A stretch of DNA of 64,000 nt. It comes from Dendrobates tinctorius (Eukaryota). The DNA is taken from the NCBI RefSeq assembly GCF_039654945.1, contig NW_027361709.1, positions 6,448,001-6,512,000 of the forward strand, given 5' to 3'. A program made the position numbers and the translations under genes. This document shows, in pieces, positions 57,020 to 64,000 of this stretch. Under the pieces are notes generated by a model. The model saw only the letters and a list, made by a program, of their open reading frames with translations, ran no database searches and had not been told where the DNA came from. Position 1 is the stretch's first letter; each line of letters begins with the position of its first letter.

Positions 57020-60000
57020 TTAACCAACTGATGCCATGATGGCGTCGACTGGATACTCCTCCTTACTCCGGGCTGTAACCTGCATAGTCACCGTGTCTGT
57101 CAGGACCAACTTTGCCCGTACCAAGATGTCATGGCCACCCCGAAATACACCTGTAAAACAATCAGAAAGACTCAAAGCAATGGAAAACCCATCCATACCT
57201 ATTGTACAACTAAGTCGTGACACCTTTTAAACATATTATACTACTTATTGGGTACTGATCTGTATTATACTCCAGAGCTGCACTCACTATTCTGCTGGTG
57301 CAGTCACTGTACACATACATTACATTACTGATCCTGAGTTACATCCTGTATTATACTCCGGAGCTGCACTCACTATTCTGCTGGTACAGTCACTGTGAAC
57401 ATACATTACATTACTGATCCTGAGTTACTTTCTGTATTATACTCCAGAGCTGCACTCACTATTCTGCTGGTGCAGTCACTGTGTACATACATTACATTAC
57501 TGATCCTGAGTTACATCCTGTATTATCCTCCAGAGCTGCACTCACTATTCTGCTGATGCAGTCACTGTGTACATACATTACTGATCCTGAGTTACATCCT
57601 GTATTATACCCAAGAGCTGCGCTCACTATTCTGCTGGTGCAGTCACTGTGTACATACATTACACTACTGATCCTGAGTTACATCCTGTATTATACTCCAG
57701 AGCTGAACTCACTATTCTGCTGATGCAGTCACTGTGTACATACATTACATTACTGATCCTGAGTTACATCCTGTATTATACTCCAGAGCTGCACTCACTA
57801 TTCTGCTGGTGCAGTCACTGTGTACATACATTACTGATCCTGAGTTACATCCTGTATTATACTCCAGAGCTGCACTCACTATTCTGCTGATGCAGTCACT
57901 GTGTACATACATTACTGATCCTGAGTTACATCCTGTATTATACTCCAGAGCTGAACTCACTATTCTGCTGGTGCAGTCACTGTGTCCATACATTACATTA
58001 CTGATCCTGAGTTACATCCTGTATTATACTCCAGAGCTGCACTCACTATTCTGCTGGTGCAGTCACTGTGTACATACATTACTGATCCTGAGTTACATCC
58101 TGTATTATACTCCAGAGCTGCGCTCACTAGTCTGCTGGTGCAGTCACTGTGTACATACATTACATTACTGATCCTGAGTTACCTCCTGTATTATACTCCA
58201 GAGCTGCACTCACTATTCTGCTGGTGCAGTCACTGTGTACATACATTACATTACTGATCCTGAGTTACATCCTGTATTATACTCCAGAGCTGCACTCACT
58301 ACTCTGCTGGTGCAGTCACTGTGTACATACATTACATTACTGATCCTGAGTTACATCTTGTATTATACCCCAGAGCTGCACTCACTACTCTGCTGGTGCA
58401 GTCACTGTGTACATACATTACATTACTGATCCTGAGTTACATCTTGTATTATACTCCAAAGCTGCACTCACTATTCTGCACATTTTAGCCAAAGACATTT
58501 CTTGCTGGCTTAATACTAACTGATATACACTCACTGGCCACTTTATTAGGTACACCATGCTAGTAAGGGGTTGGACCCCCTTTTGCCTTCAGAACTGCCT
58601 CAATTCTTCGTGGCAGAGATTCAACAAGGTGCTGGAAGCATTCCTCAGAGATTTTGGACCATATTGACATGATGGCATCACACAGTTGGCGCAGATTTGT
58701 CGGCTGCACATCCCTGATGCGAATCTCCCGTTCCACCACATCCCAAAGATGCTCTATTGGATTGAGATCTGGTGACTGAGGAGGCCATTTGAGTACAGTA
58801 AACTCATTGTCATGTTCAAGAAACCAATCTGAGATGATTCGAGCTTTATGACATGGCGCATTATCCTGCTGAAAGTAGCCATCAGATGTTGGGTACATTG
58901 TGGTCATAAAGGGATGGACATGGTCAGCAACAATACTCAGGTAGGCTGTGGCGTTGCAACGATGCTCAATTGGTACCAAGGGGCCCAAAGAGTGCCCAGA
59001 AAAAATTCCCCACACCATGACACCACCACCACCAGCCTGAACCGTTGATACAAGGCAGGATGGATCCATGCTTTCATGTTGTTTACGCCAAATTCTGACC
59101 CTACCATCCGAATGTCGCAGCAGAAATCGAGACTCATCAGACCAGGCAACGTTTTTCCAATCTTCTACTGTCCAATTTCGATGAGCTTGTGCAAATTGTA
59201 GCCTCAGTTTCCTGTTCTTAGCTGAGAGGAGTGGTACCCAGTGTGGTCTTCTGCTGCTGTAGCCCATCTGCCTCAAAGTTCGACGCACTGTGCGTTCAGA
59301 GATGCTCTTCTGCCTACCTTGGTTGTAACGGGTGGCAATTTGAGTCACTGTTGCCTTTCTATCAGCTCGAACCAGTCTGCCCATTCTCCTCTGACCTCTG
59401 GAATCAACAAGGCATTTCCGGCCACAGAACTGCCGCTCACTGGATTTTTTTTCTTTTTCCGACCATTCTCTGTAAACCCTAGAGATGGTTGTGCGTGAAA
59501 ATCCCAGTAGATCAGCAGTTTCTGAAATTCTCAGACCAGCCCTTCTGGCACCAACAATCATGCCACGTTCAAAGGCACTCAAATCACCTTTCTTCCCCAT
59601 ACTGATGCTCGGTTTGAACTGCAGGAGATTGTCTTGACCATGTCTACATGCCTAAATGCACTGAGTTGCCGCCATGTGATTGGCTGATTAGAAATTAAGT
59701 CTTAACACACAGTTGGACAGGTGTACCTAATAAAGTGGCCAGTGAGTGTATACATATACAGATCAGTGCCATGTTATTGTTATATATAGTTCACCATTTG
59801 GACCAAGTTCAGAAGAACACTTACCTGCCAGGTACAGGGTATGAGCATTTTTGTTCTCTGGCACTTTATCAGACCTCTCACATGGCTGCATTCCCAGGAA
59901 CTTTATTACATTTCCAACGGCATCTGTGGATAAAAAGACATCCCCAAGTCAGATTTGGCCACAAGATAAATGATGAAAACCAAATAAAATACAATATCCA

Positions 60001-63000
60001 TAGTCTGCCGCTTTCCGACTACTCAGCCTATCAGTAGCATATAGAGGTTTTACCTTCCAGAGTTTTAATGGTGGAAAGATTGAATGTCTCTTCTTTTTCA
60101 TATTCATCTCCCACCTCGTCCCAAGCGGCACCAAAGTTTGGCTTCAGAACTTTCTGTATGTGATCCACCACAGTCACCTCCACGTCCTCCAGCTGCAGAA
60201 AAGGAGCAGAAACTAATAAATCTGGCCCAACTGTACGTATCAGCGAGACTGACCGTCTGCCAGATAAAGTAACATATTTGTCGGACTATAAGACGCACCG
60301 GACCATATCCCACATTTTAGGGATGAAAATATAAAAAGATTTTTAAAAAAAATCTATTTTTTCCTAAGTGTCCATCTTATGGTCCAAATTTAAGGTATCT
60401 TACCTGGGGGCAGCGGTGGAGCGGGGTCAGAGGAGGTATGGTCCCTTTCTCAAAAAGCTGGCAGTGGCAGAAGTGTGACAATGCTACGGGCCCCTAGTGG
60501 GAGAAGTGGGTGCCCTAGCGATGCAATGCTGCAGGCCCGATGTCAGCGGTGAGGCAGAGCGCATTCCTTTCCCGGCAGCCATTTTCCTGAAGCCGTGGGC
60601 CGCTGGAGACCCAGACGAGATCTCGATCTGCGCAAGCGCCGCCTCTGGTGGCCACTTCCCTGAAGCCCGCAGCTTCAGGAAGATGGTCACTAGAGGCTGC
60701 ACATGCGCAGACTGGGATTTCGGCCCGGCTGAGATGTCAATCCAAGTAAGCGTCGCCTCTGATGGCCATCTTCCCGAAGCCATGAGCTTCATGGAAATGG
60801 CCACCAGAGTCGGCGCTTCTGCGGGCTGAGATCTCGGCCGTGCCGAAATCCCAGTCTACACATGCGCCGATTACAGCGGCCCACGGCTTCAAGAAATTGA
60901 CTGCTGGGAAAGCAATACATTCCACTGTGCCTCATCGATGACAGTATTGCACAGCTTCTACCGCCACCGGCATCTTGAGGAGATCCTGCCTCACCACTGC
61001 CGCAACCACCCGATAAGCTACATTTGGACTATAAGACGCACCCCCCAATTTCCCCCCAAATTTGGGGGGAAAAAAGTCTGTCTTCTAGTCAGAAAGATCT
61101 GGTAGTTAGAGACAATTATCCCCATTAAATAGTTCTCCCCCTCCCTTTTGGCAGTCATCCTTCGTGCCAACATTTGGCTCCTACCCAACACCAAGGATGA
61201 AAAGTTGGGTGAAACCATCTACTTACCACATACTCATCATCATAACCCTCTTCATCGGCTTCGCCGGTGTTAGGATCGCAGTCCTTAACAGTAAACTTCA
61301 ACATGCAGCTGAATGTGCATGAATCTAGAAGAGAAGGAGCAAATAAAAAGGAATTAAGAAACTTTAAAATTGGAGTCTGTTCAGAAGGTGGTGAAGTGCA
61401 AATAATAATAACATATAATTGTAAGCTGATCCCCAGTCCTTACAGGCAGAGAGATCTTCCTCAGGGATAGAGAGCAGAGTGTAACAGGTCCCGGGCTGGT
61501 TGTAGGACAGAGACTTCGCTGGCACACAGCAGATGACTTCATATCCCTCTATGGGCTCCATCTGTACAGTGACGTTCTCCAGGATCTGATCGTTCAGTGT
61601 ATTGGTGCAATCGAACTATGAAAGAGAAAAGTGGTCAGTAAAAGTGGACGTCAGGCTCCACATTGTGGGCACAGCAGCTACTGTGGGAATCTCACCTGGA
61701 ACACTATGTGATTGGCGAACGTGTGCTTCGTGCATCGGACGACGTATTCCGTCTCAGATTCAGTAAGGGCCACGGGTTCAGGAGACGACTTGAATAGAGC
61801 GCCGAGGCTCTTAAATTCAGGGACAGCAGAAAGTTGCTCTGAACAAAAGTTAAAAAAGAATGCATTACCATTGTATGGGATTTGCAAGAGAGAATGTGCC
61901 TTGCAAATCCCACAAATATCTGGTTTTGTGATGCAATTCACTATAAAGGGTAACTTACCTTGGAATATGTCCTGTCTGGTGGATACCACTTTTTCTGGCT
62001 GCCTTACTGCTGTGGCAGGTACATTTTCTAATAAACAAGAGACCGTACTAGTCACAAATTAAATAAAATGTATATGCCTGAGCATGTAGAAACATTTTTT
62101 CAAACTTATATTAGATTATGTTTTTATGACTGAGTTTGCATCTCTACAAATATTCGATATGTCCGGTCTATGTCTAGACTTCAAGCTTCTATACTAGACA
62201 AAGCACGACGTGGCGGTTTCTGAAATTAATGCAAACCCTGCTTGTAATCTTAGAAACCTTTTTATGCTGCCAACAATAACACATGAGCAGGACTGCACTG
62301 GAGAAGTAGGATGGGACTGCTCGATAATGTCAGTAATCACAGGGCTGTGCGTTGTCTGACGATGGGATGACCAACCTGCTCTCTGTTCTGCTATGGGTGT
62401 GGTAGCCAATGGCACGGCCTTCAGGTCAAATGGCTTTTCAGAGGGCTCCAGGGTGTATTGATGTAACGCCCGCTCCAATCCCGGGACGGACACCGTTAAC
62501 CCTGCGATCAGAAAAGAATTACGACATGTAGCCGTCCTGTGTGGAGCAGTCCGTAACTGAAAACATTTGCAGGAAATCAATGAACGCACCATTGAGGATG
62601 TAGGAAGAATTCAGAGCCTTTTGCCTGTGCTCCAAAATGTTCAGATAGAATGTAGCTCGATCTCGCACTTCATTATCGTCATCCATTACACATCTGGAAA
62701 AGACAAAAAAAAAAATATAATAATAATAGGTAAGAAACTAAAACAGAGATTCCTTACATCACTCATCCCACAGGTGAAAACTACAAAAAACTGAAACTGC
62801 TGTCCTTGGGTTGTGTCTGGTATTGCATCTCAAGACCCACTGCAGTAAACGAGGCTGGGCTGCAGTACCAGATGTGACCATAGTGGCGCCTTTTTTTAAT
62901 CACATATATTCATTTTACAGATGAAAAGTTTCCTTGAAAGACTGAGAAAGTTACTGCCATGGAAAAACAATACATCAATTTACGTACCTTCTCAACAACA

Positions 63001-64000
63001 CCAAAATGCTGGGCAACACGTCTTCATTTTGAGCACCAAATTTGGCCAAAGCACTGACAGCACCTACCAAACAGAATGGATAGCAGAATCAGAATGAAAA
63101 GGTCAGGACTTCTATATATACCCGAGACCCCGTGCGGCCCTCACCTGCTCGAACCTCCTCGTTCTCCAGTATAACTCTGTTGTAGATGAAGCGGATGTAT
63201 TTGGACGGACTGCTGGTCCTGGGACCTTCCTGTCCCAGGAGGTGGAGGATGCGGGTGGCCAGAACGGTGAACTCGCAGTCCTCTATGAACTCGCACAGAT
63301 GGGACAGTCCGGTCTCTTTGCTTTCTGGATTCTCCTCGATGATGCTGATGATACAGTCCACAATTGCTCTTTTGTAGTCAAAGCCGCCCTGTGTTCAAAG
63401 GAAATATTAAAAATACTCCTTAAATACTGACCAATTAATTGCCATCACTTTCAACCTCATAACCGAGTTTACCTCCTCCCTGAGCATTGTGAATAGGAAG
63501 TTCATCATGACAGCATGCTTACGGGGATACTTGTGACATAGAGCATTGATTGCTTGTACCACCACCACCTAGAAAACAAAATATGGGATATTAGACTTCA
63601 ATAAACATGTACAGCTACTAAAACACATCGTTCTGCTATAAGCTGGAGCTTCTATATTTTACATTTCTGCATTTTACCCTACGTTTATTATGATCTGGGG
63701 CCAGGAAAGACCATAAGATACATGTACTGGGAATAGAATTTCTGGAGAGAATCAATTAAGCTTTTGCAGATCAATGCCCTCCCTTCTTGTGATTGGTGGG
63801 GGATAGGTACTTAATGTTTCTGACCAGCCCACCCATTTCATAGACGATAAGATTCACACCTTGAACTCATCTGAGATTTCAGACATGAAAGAGGAGATCT
63901 GTTTCATGAGTCGGTCGATGCTGCTCTCGCTGCCAGTCTTCAGCAGCGTGGTGATGGCCAAGGTGGCAATGCTGCGGTTGGAGTCGGTCACCAGATTCTC
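57020..64000 (-). CDS. copg1: Coatomer subunit gamma-1, 3' portion (exons >64000-63860, 63568-63473, 63388-63145, 63063-62988, 62693-62590, 62501-62376, 62027-61959, 61838-61696, 61615-61444, 61324-61227, 60192-60054, 59923-59825, 57150-57020)
   Basis: Translations [54 protein letters not shown] and C-terminal [11 protein letters not shown]...[11 protein letters not shown]...ASVG* are COPG1-type rather than COPG2. GT-AG introns, frames consistent, synteny with HMCES. PolyA signal at 56586-56591. Confidence 0.95.
57255..58480 (-). repeat. 81/86-bp satellite in the last copg1 intron
   Basis: Reverse complement of the 40525-41595 array; about 14 copies. Confidence 0.95.
58528..59748 (-). mobile_element. 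Full-length DD36E Tc1 transposon, copy 2, in the last copg1 intron
   Basis: 1221 bp with the same TIRs as copy 1 and a clean TA TSD (58526-58527 and 59749-59750). Confidence 0.96.
58560..59600 (-). CDS. Tc1-family DD36E transposase (346 aa, intact)
   Basis: Differs from copy 1 at only 5 residues; DD36E triad intact. Confidence 0.93.
   Translation of the reverse strand: MGKKGDLSAFERGMIVGARRAGLRISETADLLGFSRTTISRVYREWSEKEKKSSERQFCGRKCLVDSRGQRRMGRLVRADRKATVTQIATRYNQGRQKSISERTVRRTLRQMGYSSRRPHWVPLLSAKNRKLRLQFAQAHRNWTVEDWKNVAWSDESRFLLRHSDGRVRIWRKQHESMDPSCLVSTVQAGGGGVMVWGIFSGHSLGPLVPIEHRCNATAYLSIVADHVHPFMTTMYPTSDGYFQQDNAPCHKARIISDWFLEHDNEFTVLKWPPQSPDLNPIEHLWDVVEREIRIRDVQPTNLRQLCDAIMSIWSKISEECFQHLVESLPRRIEAVLKAKGGPTPY
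60271..61105. mobile_element. Non-autonomous TcMar (pogo/Tigger/Tc2-like) element in a copg1 intron
   Basis: Degenerate ends atatttgtcggactataagacgca ... gtcttctagtcagaaagatctggta, an internal repeat of ggactataagacgca, and internal inverted repeats. Confidence 0.5.

Noticed and set aside
58528-59748. Segmental duplication explaining the two DD36E copies
   Set aside because: Identity stops exactly at the TIRs and the flanks are unrelated, so these are independent insertions.

Overview
Eukaryotic vertebrate DNA, most likely a frog, inferred from the TTAA/AGGGGTTGTC MITE ends, L2/CR1/DIRS/Tc1/hAT repeats and satellite load. The window covers the RAB7A - H1-10 - HMCES - COPG1 neighbourhood. Spliced genes rebuilt by hand: rab7a (+, 5 coding exons, 207 aa), hmces (-, 6 coding exons, 336 aa, two GC-AG introns) and the 3' portion of copg1 (-, 13 exons, runs off the right edge). 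Between rab7a and hmces lies a small cluster of apparently replication-independent histone genes with no stem-loops. It contains a canonical H1-10 (H1x), a second H1x-type gene, and a solitary short-tailed H2A with a candidate 5'UTR intron. The second H1 has a 251-bp globular-domain sequence identical to the first but entirely different, SPKK-rich tails. This trio is the most interesting system here. Mobile DNA includes two intact, near-identical DD36E (Incomer-type) Tc1 elements, a frameshifted DD34E Tc1, several hAT elements with 8-bp TSDs carrying kb-scale minisatellites, a DIRS-like relic, and L2/CR1 fragments. Most long ORFs in the track are minisatellite artefacts.
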